Shown in pieces: positions 45,732-55,490 of a stretch of DNA of 64,000 bases (its first letter is position 1; each line of letters opens with the position of its first letter). This stretch comes from Planctomycetota bacterium (GTDB taxonomy: Bacteria; Planctomycetota; B15-G4; SIAN01), in contig SIAN01000017.1 in the NCBI GenBank assembly GCA_009691715.1, positions 10,867-74,866 on the forward strand, read 5' to 3'. A program made the translations under genes and the position numbers. Below the pieces are notes generated by a model. It had not been told where the DNA came from. It did no database searches and saw only the letters and a list, made by a program, of their open reading frames with translations.

Positions 45732-46178
45732 ATGTTCGGACACAAGATCCTCACCGCTGCGGCGCTGATCGGAGTGGCGTCGATCGGCTCGGTGGCACGT
45801 GGAGATCACGACGACTCCAATGTGGCGCCGGTGGTCTCGATCAGCGAAGGCACGATCGGCGGCAAGGCGGCGTTGTGCGTGCAGGTCACGGACGCCGATG
45901 GCGCCGCCGACATCCTCGGCACCGGCTTCGAGTACACGCTTAGCAATGGACAGGTCTATTCGAGTCCGCTGCGGATCCTGCTTTGGGTCATCGGCAAGAA
46001 GGGGATGGTCACGAGCAACATCGACGGTGGCAAGCAGATCTGCTTCACCAAGCTGCCCGGCAACGTCGTCTCGTTGCGGGCGACCGGGATCGACACCCAA
46101 TTCCATTTTGTCTCGGCCTCGGCGTCGGTCCCGCCTGCGATCACCGCGGGCAACGCGACCTTCGGCATCAAGCGGTAA
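45732..46178 (+). CDS. Small secreted protein of unknown function, copy B (148 aa)
   Basis: GCAGGAG RBS before the ATG. Signal peptide MFGHKILTAAALIGVASIGSVA. Shares GGK.ALCV.V.D.DGAAD.L..GFEYTL...LWV.GKKGM..S.I..GK..CFTKLPGNVVSL with copy A. Uses a TAA stop. Confidence 0.85.
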   Translation: MFGHKILTAAALIGVASIGSVARGDHDDSNVAPVVSISEGTIGGKAALCVQVTDADGAADILGTGFEYTLSNGQVYSSPLRILLWVIGKKGMVTSNIDGGKQICFTKLPGNVVSLRATGIDTQFHFVSASASVPPAITAGNATFGIKR

Positions 46179-46206
46179 GAGCCACCAGCGAGCGGTACTG
46201 AAAAGC

Positions 46207-46235
46207 AGCGGGCATCCGGCGCACGGGTGCCCGCT
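46207..46235. terminator. Hairpin between convergent genes, possibly a bidirectional terminator
   Basis: 8-bp stem agcgggca / tgcccgct with an inner ccg/cgg extension. An A4 run lies on the 5' side (+ strand), which is a T4 run after the hairpin for the minus-strand gene. Confidence 0.5.
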
Positions 46236-46242
46236 TCCGCAT

Positions 46243-46979
46243 TCATGCCTCCGCACACCGGTTTGCTCAGGAGGCCAAAGCCCACCGCCAGCGTCTGGCA
46301 GTCGACCGGCACGAGGTCGCTCTCAGCGACGGTCACGTCGGCCGGAACCGGGTTGTGGGGCAGGAACGTCGCGGTCGTGGTCACCCGCTGGACGAGAGTC
46401 CAGTCGCTCGAGAACCAGCTCGAGGCATCGCGGTAGGTGCGGCCCGTGCCGGCGACGGCGAGGAACTCGGAGGCGACGAATCGGGCGAGCGAAGCTGGGC
46501 TCCACACGGCGGTTCGCCTGACGCGAGGCCGGCCTGAAGGCTCAACGGTCTAGCGCGTGGAGCGCTGCGGCGCCCTCCGCGTCCGCGGCCATCGCCTCAC
46601 CGTCGACCGGCTCTGGACGTCGCCAGAGGTCGTTCGCCCGCGCCAACACCGCGACTGCGGCCGGACCCATCGTCTGCAGCCGTCGTTCGAGTTCCAACAG
46701 CACCTCGCGCGACGAGCTTCCCGGCCACGCGGCGTTGACGACTTGCGAGCGCCCGCGACACGGCCTCGCGACCAACGCGCGTTCGAGCGCGGCCGGATAG
46801 CTGTGGTCCGGATCGGTCGCACCGAGCCCGAAGGTGAACGAGTCGCCGACGCAGAGCACGGCGCACGGCTCGCCCACGCGCAAGTCGCCGTCGCGATCGT
46901 GCGCCACCCACGACACAATCGCGTACCCGAGCTGAAGCGCAAGTTCGAGCAGCAGCGTCGGCACGAGCAGCGCAAGCAT
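46243..46979 (-). pseudogene. SGNH/GDSL hydrolase, truncated or frameshifted
   Basis: ORF 46542..46979 holds blocks I-III only (VLCVGDSFTFGLG; AAWPGSS; LARANDLW) and stops after 145 aa. High-GC3 coding text continues in another frame from about 46549 (TVEPSGRPRVRRTAVWSPASLARFVASEFLAVAGTGRTY...FLPHNPVPADV...). That frame has no stop before the hairpin. A third frame supplies TGA at 46245..46243. Confidence 0.55.
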
Positions 46980-47080
46980 GATCCGCCCGACTCAGGTGCC
47001 TCGACTCCGGCGTGGCGCAGCGGACCTCATCCGGGCACGCCAACCGGCGAACTGGAAGCGCTGCCTTCCATCACGTTCCG

Positions 47081-49279
47081 TCACCTCGCCCCGATCGGCA
47101 GGGCTGCGCCGAGTCCGGGAAGGAATTCGAGGTTCACCTGCGTCGCGAGGTCGCCGAGGCCGGCGCGCAACGCAAGAAGTTCGCTCTCGTCGGCGCAGAG
47201 GATTGCCGGGACGAGCAGGAAGTCGCGGCGCTGCGCATTCTCGGCGCGCAGCTTCTCGATCACGGCACGCGGCGAAGAGTCGCCGTAGCCTTGCGCGATG
47301 CGCAGGCGGTGGAATCGGCTCTTCTGCTGGATCACGTCGGGTTCTTCGAGCGCTTTCCACTCGGCGAGTTCGTCTGCGGTCGCCGTCGCCGGCAACACGA
47401 CGATGGTGGTTCCACCGAAGGCGCCCGATGAGCGCGGCAGGCGAGAACCGTCGGCGAAGGCAGCGGGGGTGATCGCAAGATCGGGCGTCGCGGCGAGGCC
47501 AGCGGCGCGAACGCGACGCGCAAGCTGGCGCGCGAGCAACCGGCCCGCCGCGTGGTCGGGCAGCGCGGCGAAGAGCGCGTCGGCTGCAGCGCATGGCACC
47601 GGTGCATCGAGTCCGAGCGCGGCGCAGGTCGCGGCAAGCTGCGCGTAATCGGCGGCGGCACGATCGGCAGCGACCGCAACAGCGCCAGCGGCGCCGGCAC
47701 GTTCGACGACGCTGGTCGTGAGCTTCAGCTCCGCATCGCCGGCGGCGAACGCCTGCCACTTGGCGAGCGACTCGGCCGACGCCTCGATGCCGACGGTGCG
47801 CGGCGCGCGACGCGGCGAAAGCGGCAATGGCAGCGACAGCGAAGCAAACTCGTCGACCGCGCTCGGCGCGAAGGCCAGCGCTCGGAACGCTTCCTCGTCG
47901 AGGTAGCGCGCGGCGTGGAGCGTCATCGTGGCGGCGGCACCTTCGCCGGCGACGACGACGCGCGCTGGATCGATGTTCATGCCCTGCGCGACGTCCTCGC
48001 GGGTCACGACTTCGAGCACCTTCGAGAGCGCCTGGCTCGCGAGGCTGCCGCCGTCGCCGAACTGACCCGGGAACCACCAACGGCCGCGCACGCCGCCATC
48101 GGGCGCGAGCCACGGGAATGACGGATCGATCACCAAGATCGCCGCGCGATCGCCGATGGCCGGCTTCCACAGTTCGAGCGCCGACGCGCCGGACTGCCCT
48201 TCATCGCAGAGCCACACCAGCAAGGGCAGCGGCGCACCCACGGACGCGCCATGCGGCAACACCAGTCGGAAGCCGTGTTCGCGAGCGACGCGCACCGCCA
48301 ACACGCCGTCCTCGGCGCTGCGCGCCCGCGCCTCGACCACGACGATCACGTCGGCGGTCGCCGGCTTCTCCGGATCGACGCGTGCCGACGCGAGATCGCT
48401 CGTCGTCACGATCTGCACCGTCTTGATGTTGACGCCGGGCACCCGTTGCGCCACCTGCCACGCGGTGCCTTGACCGTAGAGGCTGTGGAATCCGCCGTTC
48501 ACGTGAACCACTTGGGAGTCGGGCCAGCGCGTGAGCGACTGCGCGATCGCGTCGGCCATCGTGTTGTCCCAGAGGTTCTGCCCGTCGTAGAGACGGCTCG
48601 CCGCGGCCGCCATGCCCAGCGCGGCGTGGCCTCGCGTCGCGTTTTCCACGCGCACCCAGTATTCGGGCGGGTTCTCGATCAAGCGATCGGGGACCAGCTT
48701 CCGCTCTTCCGGCGTCAGCGCCTTCCATGCCTCTTCGCCGCCGCGTGCGAGTTTGCGGCGTAGGTCCGTCGGCAGGTTCGAGGCGATCACCGGCAGGCCA
48801 TTGCGCCGTGAATACTCCACCAGCCCGCGGTAGTCGGTCTTGTAGTTGCCCCACGGTCGCGAGCGCGCCAGGAACTCCGGCTCGGCGATCCGGCCCGCCA
48901 GATAGTCGTCGAGCGCCGGTTGCACGTCGCGCTCAAACATCTCCATCGCCAGCACGGTTGCCCCTTCGCGTGCGGTGGTGAGTCGCAATAGGAACGCGAG
49001 TTCGGCGTCATGGGTGAGACGGTCGGTGTGTGTCTCACCGAGGAAGACGACGTCGGCGTCGGCGAGACGCTCGATCGCGTCCGACCACTCGATCGGATCG
49101 CCGGTCGCGCCGTCGAAGAGGCGGGAGCCGAAGAGCAGTCGCTCCGCGCCGTAATCCAAGTGGTCCGGGGCCAACTCGCTTGGCCGCGGGAGATCCATGC
49201 AGCTCGGCAGCAGGGCGAGAGCGCTTGCGAACCCGACCTTGAGAGCAAGCGGCAACGATGAAGCGCGACGCAAGGACAT
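47081..49279 (-). CDS. ChaN-like (DUF399/Tiki-type heme-binding) lipoprotein with a ~450-aa C-terminal extension
   Basis: ATG 49279, MSLRRASSLPLALKVGFASALALLPSC. ADVVFLGETHTDRLTHDAELAFL, VLAMEMFERDVQPALDDYLAGRI, HVNGGFH. I recognise no family for the C-terminal half. Confidence 0.8.
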   Translation of the reverse strand: MSLRRASSLPLALKVGFASALALLPSCMDLPRPSELAPDHLDYGAERLLFGSRLFDGATGDPIEWSDAIERLADADVVFLGETHTDRLTHDAELAFLLRLTTAREGATVLAMEMFERDVQPALDDYLAGRIAEPEFLARSRPWGNYKTDYRGLVEYSRRNGLPVIASNLPTDLRRKLARGGEEAWKALTPEERKLVPDRLIENPPEYWVRVENATRGHAALGMAAAASRLYDGQNLWDNTMADAIAQSLTRWPDSQVVHVNGGFHSLYGQGTAWQVAQRVPGVNIKTVQIVTTSDLASARVDPEKPATADVIVVVEARARSAEDGVLAVRVAREHGFRLVLPHGASVGAPLPLLVWLCDEGQSGASALELWKPAIGDRAAILVIDPSFPWLAPDGGVRGRWWFPGQFGDGGSLASQALSKVLEVVTREDVAQGMNIDPARVVVAGEGAAATMTLHAARYLDEEAFRALAFAPSAVDEFASLSLPLPLSPRRAPRTVGIEASAESLAKWQAFAAGDAELKLTTSVVERAGAAGAVAVAADRAAADYAQLAATCAALGLDAPVPCAAADALFAALPDHAAGRLLARQLARRVRAAGLAATPDLAITPAAFADGSRLPRSSGAFGGTTIVVLPATATADELAEWKALEEPDVIQQKSRFHRLRIAQGYGDSSPRAVIEKLRAENAQRRDFLLVPAILCADESELLALRAGLGDLATQVNLEFLPGLGAALPIGAR

Positions 49280-49432
49280 GGTGATTCCCTGTAACCGACG
49301 GCACGCGCCCCAACACCGCTGGCGCTCGAACAATCGAGCTGCGCGATCGTAGCGCACCGTGCAGCACCGGCTTCGAGCTGATCGCGGCAAGATGCGCCGC
49401 CTCACGCTCGACCCGCCACTGAGGATCCACCC

Positions 49433-50929
49433 GTGGAACGACTGCTACTTGCCTGCCTGATCGCTGCCGCGCTCGCGATGCAGGACGCGGCGCCACCAGC
49501 CGCGCCGGCCGCGACGCCTGCGCCGGCAGCTCCTAGTGAAGCGCCGGCGATGCTCGCGCGCCCACGCGGCCTCGCGCTGCGCACTCCCGAAGCGGCGCCC
49601 GGACTCACGCTGATCGCGCCGTTGCGCAGCCAGACCATCCGTCTCGTCGACCTCGACGGCAACGTCGTGCACGAGTGGGTCACCGACTCGACTGGCGGCA
49701 CCGAGCACTTTCTCGACGACGGCACGTTGCTGCGTTCGACCGGCACCGGCAACGCGCCGAAGCTGGCGCGCTTCGCGGCGGGTGGCAAGCATGGTCGCCT
49801 GCAGCGCCTCGCGTGGGACGGCACGCTGCTGTGGGACTGGAAGTTCGCGACCGAGGAGTACGTGCAGCACCACGACGTGCAGCTCACGCTGGACGGGACG
49901 ATCCTGTTCATCGCCTGGGAGTACAAGTCGCGCAGCGACGCGATCGGCGCCGGCCGCCATCCGGGTCACGTCGGCACGGAGGGCATGTGGGTCGACGCGA
50001 TCTTCGAGATCGAGCCCAAGGGCACGAACGACGCCGAAGTGATCTGGGAGTGGCACGTCTGGGACCACTTGATCCAGGACATCGATCCCGAGGCGGCGAA
50101 CTACGGCGACGTCGCGCAGCATCCCGAACGATTCGACCTGAACGCCGACCTGCGCCGTGAACGTCCGACCGACGCCGAGGTCGATGACCTGCAGAAGCTC
50201 GGTTACATCGACGCCAAGCCGACCACCGGCGAGCTCCACGCCGATTGGATGCACACCAACGCGCTCTTCTTCGATGCAGCGCACGACCAGATCGTGCTTT
50301 CGTCGCCGCATCTGTGCGAGGTCTTTATTCTCGATCACAGCACTACGTCGGAAGAGGCGCGCGGCAGCAGCGAGGGCCAGTACGGCAAGGGTGGCGACCT
50401 GCTCTGGCGCTGGGGCAATCCGCGCAACTACGGCGCGGGCAGTGCCGCCGACCAGCGCCTCTGGTACCAGCACAACGTCCAAATCATCGGCAAGGGCCTC
50501 CCCGGCGCCGGCCATGTGCTGCTCTTCAACAACGGCGGCGGACGTCCCGACGGGAGCTGGTCGTCGGTGCTCGAGCTCGAGCTGCCGCGCACGACAGGCG
50601 GCGGTCTCGCACTCGTACCGTTCCTCGCCGCCGGCCCGAACGAGCCGGTGTGGAGCTATGCCGCACCGACCAAGAGCGACTTCTTCTCGAGCTTCATCTC
50701 CGGCGCGCAGCGGCTCGCGAACGGCCACACGCTGATCTGCGAAGGCGCGAGCGGCCGCGTGTTCGAGGTGAAGCCGGACGGAACGATGGTCTGGGAGTAC
50801 CTCCATCCCTTCACCGACGCGGCGCTCGGTGATGGCCCGCCCGCACCGCCGACGGCGCTCTTCCGCGCGACGCGAATTCCCGCCGACCACGGCGGACTGA
50901 AGGGCAAGGCGCTCGCCAAGCGGCCGTAG
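49433..50929 (+). CDS. Arylsulfotransferase (ASST)-like beta-propeller protein, secreted
   Basis: Signal peptide, then HHDVQLTLDGTILFIAWE, WEWHVWDHLIQD, HTNALFFD, LLFNNGGGRP, TLICEGASGRVFEV. Confidence 0.8.
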   Translation: MERLLLACLIAAALAMQDAAPPAAPAATPAPAAPSEAPAMLARPRGLALRTPEAAPGLTLIAPLRSQTIRLVDLDGNVVHEWVTDSTGGTEHFLDDGTLLRSTGTGNAPKLARFAAGGKHGRLQRLAWDGTLLWDWKFATEEYVQHHDVQLTLDGTILFIAWEYKSRSDAIGAGRHPGHVGTEGMWVDAIFEIEPKGTNDAEVIWEWHVWDHLIQDIDPEAANYGDVAQHPERFDLNADLRRERPTDAEVDDLQKLGYIDAKPTTGELHADWMHTNALFFDAAHDQIVLSSPHLCEVFILDHSTTSEEARGSSEGQYGKGGDLLWRWGNPRNYGAGSAADQRLWYQHNVQIIGKGLPGAGHVLLFNNGGGRPDGSWSSVLELELPRTTGGGLALVPFLAAGPNEPVWSYAAPTKSDFFSSFISGAQRLANGHTLICEGASGRVFEVKPDGTMVWEYLHPFTDAALGDGPPAPPTALFRATRIPADHGGLKGKALAKRP

Positions 50930-50980
50930 ATCGCGGGTCCCTGCTAACTTGTCGCGCTCGTTTCGGAAGAGGGCGCGCGA

Positions 50981-52405
50981 GTGGATCTCAGTCCGTTGCG
51001 GATCGATCGCAAGGCAACGCCGGCGGCAACATCGTCGCCATCGGCCCGGCGCCGACGCGGCGGCCTCGGTCGTTGGCTCTTCCTCGCGCTGCTGATCACC
51101 GTGGGCTGGCTCTTCTGGGCGCCGCTGATCACGCTGCTCGATCGCGTCCGGCTGCCGGAAGTCGAGCTCGCCACCGCGGTCGCTCCGTCGGCGCTCGCCG
51201 CGACTGCGATCGCCGGCACCGCCGCCAACGGCTACGTCGTCGCCAGCAAGCGCGCCGCGCTCTCGGCCGACACGCCCGGTCGCATCGTCGAGATGAACGT
51301 CACGGAAGGCTCCGTGGTCAAGAAGGGGTTCGTCGTCGCCCGGCTCTACTCGGACGAGCAGCGCGCCGCCCTGGCGCGCGCCACGGCGGAACTCGCGGCG
51401 CACCAGTCAACGCTGGCGCGTGCGGAGGCGGAGACGGCGGCGAGTCGCGGCGAGGTGGCGCGGCTCGTGAAGGCGAGCGCAACCGCGGCGGCAACCTTGG
51501 CCGAGCGCGAGGCGTCGCTCGAGCAGACGCGCCAGAAGCGCGTGCGCGCCGAAAAGATGGTCGCCGACGACATCGAGACCCAGCAGTGGCTCGACGATGC
51601 GATCGCCGAGCATTCGCGGGCGACCGCCGCGGTCGCCGCCGCCTTCGCGCAGGTGGGGGAGAACGCCGCCGCGATCGCTTTGGCGAACCAACGCGTCGCG
51701 GTGCAGGAGGCGGCGACCGATGAGGCACAGGCGCAGGGCGCCGTCCTCGCCGCGCAGCGCGACCAGTCGCAGGCGACGCTCGACAAGACTGAGGTGAAGG
51801 CGCCGTTCGATGGCATCGTCGTGCTGAAGGACGCCGAGGTTGGCGAGGTCGTCTCGCCCAACTCGCAGGGCGGCAGCAGTCGCGGCTCGGTCGCGACGAT
51901 GGTCGACTTCGCGTCACTCGAAGTGCAGGTCGAGCTGCCGGAACGCAGCATCGCCGCGGTCAAGGTCGGCGCGCCGGCACGCATCTTCCTCGACGCCTTC
52001 GCCGAGCGGGGCTACGACGGCGAGGTCATGCGCATCTGGCCGACCGCGAATCGCAGCAAGGCCACCATCGAAGTGCGCGTTCGCTTCGCCGCGCCGGACG
52101 AGCGGCTGCGGCCGGAGATGGGAGCGCGGGTCGTGTTCCTCGGCGATGGCGTTCTCGCCGCGGCGCCGATCGCGGTCGTGAAGGGCGTCTTCGTGCCGAC
52201 CAGCGCGATCGTCCGGATCGACGGGCGAGCCGGACTGTTCCGGCTGGAACGCGAGGTCGCCCATTTCGTGGAAGTGACGCTCGGCGAGACGCAGGGCGAG
52301 CGTTCGTTGATCACCGCCGGCCTCGCCGCCGGCGACCGCATCGTGAAGGCGCCGCCGGCGCGACTCGAAGACGGCGACCGCGTACGCACCAAGGAGGACG
52401 CGTGA
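50981..52405 (+). CDS. HlyD-family periplasmic adaptor (MacA-like)
   Basis: N-terminal TM, lipoyl-like GRIVEMNVTEGSVVKKGFVVARL, a long coiled coil, then APFDGIVVLKDAEVGEVVSP. Confidence 0.88.
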   Translation: MDLSPLRIDRKATPAATSSPSARRRRGGLGRWLFLALLITVGWLFWAPLITLLDRVRLPEVELATAVAPSALAATAIAGTAANGYVVASKRAALSADTPGRIVEMNVTEGSVVKKGFVVARLYSDEQRAALARATAELAAHQSTLARAEAETAASRGEVARLVKASATAAATLAEREASLEQTRQKRVRAEKMVADDIETQQWLDDAIAEHSRATAAVAAAFAQVGENAAAIALANQRVAVQEAATDEAQAQGAVLAAQRDQSQATLDKTEVKAPFDGIVVLKDAEVGEVVSPNSQGGSSRGSVATMVDFASLEVQVELPERSIAAVKVGAPARIFLDAFAERGYDGEVMRIWPTANRSKATIEVRVRFAAPDERLRPEMGARVVFLGDGVLAAAPIAVVKGVFVPTSAIVRIDGRAGLFRLEREVAHFVEVTLGETQGERSLITAGLAAGDRIVKAPPARLEDGDRVRTKEDA

Positions 52406-53118
52406 GCCAGCCGATGATTCGCGCCCGCAAGCTGACGAAGAGCTACTTGCGCGGCGGTGAGACGCTCACGGTGCTCGACGGGCTCGACCTCGACATGGAC
52501 GAGGGGCGCTTCTATGCGCTGATGGGACCCTCGGGGTCGGGCAAGACGACTCTCCTCAATTTGATTGGCGGTCTCGACCAGGCCGACGAGGGCGATCTTG
52601 TGGTGGCCGGCGCCGACCTCGCCGCGCTCGATTCAAGCGCGCTGGCGCGCTGGCGTGCCGCCAACGTCGGCTTCGTCTTCCAGGGCTTCAACCTGATCCC
52701 GGTCCTGACCGCGCAGGAGAACGTCGAGCTGCCGCTGTCGCTCTCGCCGCTGTCGCGAAAGGAGCGGCGCGAGCACGCCCGTTACGCGCTCAAGCTCGTC
52801 GGCCTCGATGGGCGCGAAGACCACCGGCCAGGACAGCTCTCCGGCGGCCAGGAGCAGCGCGTCGCCATCGCGCGCGCGATCGCGAGCGACCCCAAGGTGC
52901 TGCTCGCCGACGAGCCGACCGGCGACCTCGATCGCAAGTCGGCGGACCAAGTGCTCGAACTCCTGCTGCGGCTCAACGTCGAATTCAAGAAGACCATCCT
53001 GATGGTCACGCACGACCCGCATGCGGCGGCCTACGCCGGCTTCACCGTCCACCTCGACAAGGGGCAGCTCGGGTGCATCGAGACCAATCCGCCGCGCGCG
53101 GTCGCGGCGAGGGTCTGA
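52402..53118 (+). CDS. ABC transporter ATP-binding protein (MacB/LolD type)
   Basis: [37 protein letters not shown]. Confidence 0.94.
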   Translation: MSQPMIRARKLTKSYLRGGETLTVLDGLDLDMDEGRFYALMGPSGSGKTTLLNLIGGLDQADEGDLVVAGADLAALDSSALARWRAANVGFVFQGFNLIPVLTAQENVELPLSLSPLSRKERREHARYALKLVGLDGREDHRPGQLSGGQEQRVAIARAIASDPKVLLADEPTGDLDRKSADQVLELLLRLNVEFKKTILMVTHDPHAAAYAGFTVHLDKGQLGCIETNPPRAVAARV

Positions 53119-53122
53119 GCCG

Positions 53123-54292
53123 GTGTTCAACTTCAAGTTGGTGCGGCGCTACCTCGGGAAGCACTTGGTCCGCTCGCTACTGACCGTCGCCTCGCTGATG
53201 GTGGCGCTCTTCCTGCTCTGCCTGCTGCAGGCCATCGTCGTCTCGCTCGACGCCGGTGTACGCGGCGCCAAGCGCGACCGCCTGATCGTGCAGTCGGCGG
53301 TGAGCCTGTTCGTGGACCTGCCGCTCAACTACCAGCAGAAGATCGGCGCGGTCGACGGCGTCGAGTCGATCTGCAAGTGGCAGTACTTCGGCGGCCACTT
53401 CCAGGACGACGAGAAGGGTTACTTCGCCCAGTTCGCCACCGACTTCGACACGCTCTTCGCCTGCTACCCCGAGATCGAGGTGGTCGAGGGCAGCAAGGAG
53501 GCGCTGCTGGCCGATCGCACGGCCTGCATCGTCGGCAAGTCGCTGGCCGACCGGCTGGGCTGGAAGCTCGGCGACTCGATCCCGCTCGAGGCGACCTTCT
53601 TCGCGAAACCCGACGGCAGCGCGTGGGACTTCAAGCTCGCCGCGACCTACCGACCGACGTCGACGGCGATGGACGGCGGGATGATGTTCTTCCGTTGGGA
53701 TTACCTGGAAGAGACGGTCAAGGCGACGCGCGGCGAGACGCCCGGCACCGGCACCTACGTGTTCCGGACGCGAGCGGGCGCGGACCAGGCGCCGATCGCG
53801 GCGACGGTCGAGGCACTGTTCGAGAACGGGCCGCAACGCGTCTCCTGCTCGACCGAGGCGGCGTTCCAGGCGCAGTTCGTCTCGATGTACGGCAACCTCC
53901 CGTTCTTCGTCTCTGCCATCGGCGGCGGCGTGCTGGTCGCCATCGTGCTCGCCTGCATCAACACCATGCTGATGGCCTTCCGCGAGCAGTTGCACGACGC
54001 CGGAATCCTGAAAGCGGTCGGCTTCACTGACGGCAGCGTCGCCACGCTGATGCTGGCGCAGTCGCTGGTGCTCTGTGGGATCGGCGGTTTCGCGGGAATC
54101 GGGCTGGCGAAGCTCACCGAGCCGGTGATGCAGTTGATGCTCACGAGATTCGGCGTGCCGTACGAAGTACCCGCCGAGACGGTGGCGCTGGCGAGCGCGC
54201 TGACGATCAGCATCGGGTTGGTCGCCGGCGTCGTGCCCGCGTGGCGCGCGCGTCAGCTGCGCGTGGTCGAAGCGCTGCGGTCGGTGGAGTGA
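53123..54292 (+). CDS. ABC transporter permease, FtsX/MacB type
   Basis: GTG 53123 (VFNFKLVRRYLGKH...). TM1, a large periplasmic domain, then three C-terminal TMs. ILKAVGF motif. Confidence 0.88.
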   Translation: MFNFKLVRRYLGKHLVRSLLTVASLMVALFLLCLLQAIVVSLDAGVRGAKRDRLIVQSAVSLFVDLPLNYQQKIGAVDGVESICKWQYFGGHFQDDEKGYFAQFATDFDTLFACYPEIEVVEGSKEALLADRTACIVGKSLADRLGWKLGDSIPLEATFFAKPDGSAWDFKLAATYRPTSTAMDGGMMFFRWDYLEETVKATRGETPGTGTYVFRTRAGADQAPIAATVEALFENGPQRVSCSTEAAFQAQFVSMYGNLPFFVSAIGGGVLVAIVLACINTMLMAFREQLHDAGILKAVGFTDGSVATLMLAQSLVLCGIGGFAGIGLAKLTEPVMQLMLTRFGVPYEVPAETVALASALTISIGLVAGVVPAWRARQLRVVEALRSVE

Positions 54293-54296
54293 GCCG

Positions 54297-55490
54297 ATGT
54301 TGATCCCACTCTCCTACACCCTGCGCAGCCTGTTCGTCCGCAAGAGCGCGACGCTGCTGACGGTCTTCGGCATCGGTGCGACGGTCGCGGTCCTCGCCGG
54401 CGTGCTGGCGTTGCGCGCCGGCTTCACCTCGCTCTTCAGCAGCAGCGGCCGCGACGACATCGCCGTCTTCATACGCCAGGGCGCAAGCAGCGAAGGCGAG
54501 AGCGGCATCACGCGCGAGACCTGCGATCGGATCATCAAGACGCTGCCGCAGATCGCACGCGAAGGCGGGCCCGAAGGCACTCCGCTCGCCGCGATGGAGT
54601 GCTACCTCGCGGTGCGCCGGCAGAAGGCGGACGGCAGCGGCGAGACCAACGTCCCGCTGCGCGGCGTGCAACCGGCGAGCTTCGCCATCCAGGGCGACGC
54701 GCTGCGAATCATCGCGGGGCGCAAGCTCACGCCGGGCTCGGACGAGGTGATCGTCGGCCAGAAGCTGGTCGACCGCATCGCCAACTCCCGACTCGACGAT
54801 GTGGTGCAGGTGAACACCACGCCGTTCCGGGTGGTCGGCGTCTTCGCCTGCGACGGCCCGTCGGAGTCGGAGATCTGGGGCGATGTCGAGCGGATGATGG
54901 CCGCGCTCGAACGGCCGGTGGCGAATCGCGTCGTCGCCCAACTCGCACTCGACTGTCAGGGCGACGCCTTCGCCGCGTTCGCGAAGCAGCTGACGGAGAG
55001 CGCCGACTACAAAGAGCTGCTGGTCATGGCGAAGACCGAACGCGTTTATCTGGCCGAGATGGCCGGGCCGCTCGGCACGACGCTTTGGTACGTGAGCGCA
55101 GTGCTCTCCGTGATCATGGGTCTCGCCGCCATCTTCACCGCGACCAACACGATGCTCTCCGCCGTCGCGAGTCGCACCCATGAGATCGGGATCCTGCTCT
55201 CGATCGGCTTCCGGCCGTTGCCGATCTTCCTGTCGTTCCTGTTCGAGGCGCTGCTGCTCGGGTTGGTCGGCGGAGCGGTCGGCTGCCTCATGGCGTTGCC
55301 GGTGAACGGCATCGAGACCGGCACCACCAACTTCGCGACCTTCACCGAGGTCGCCTTCGCCTTCCGCGTCACCCCCGAGGTGCTGTGGAGCGCGATCCGA
55401 TTCGCGTTGATCCTCGGACTGCTCGGCGGCGCGATCCCGGCATGGAAGGCCGCGCGCCTCGCGCCGACCGAGGCGTTGCGACGGCGATGA
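54297..55490 (+). CDS. ABC transporter permease, FtsX/MacB type (second copy)
   Basis: MLIPLSYTLRSLFVRKSATLLTVFGI... ILLSIGF. Same architecture as the previous gene. Confidence 0.88.
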   Translation: MLIPLSYTLRSLFVRKSATLLTVFGIGATVAVLAGVLALRAGFTSLFSSSGRDDIAVFIRQGASSEGESGITRETCDRIIKTLPQIAREGGPEGTPLAAMECYLAVRRQKADGSGETNVPLRGVQPASFAIQGDALRIIAGRKLTPGSDEVIVGQKLVDRIANSRLDDVVQVNTTPFRVVGVFACDGPSESEIWGDVERMMAALERPVANRVVAQLALDCQGDAFAAFAKQLTESADYKELLVMAKTERVYLAEMAGPLGTTLWYVSAVLSVIMGLAAIFTATNTMLSAVASRTHEIGILLSIGFRPLPIFLSFLFEALLLGLVGGAVGCLMALPVNGIETGTTNFATFTEVAFAFRVTPEVLWSAIRFALILGLLGGAIPAWKAARLAPTEALRRR

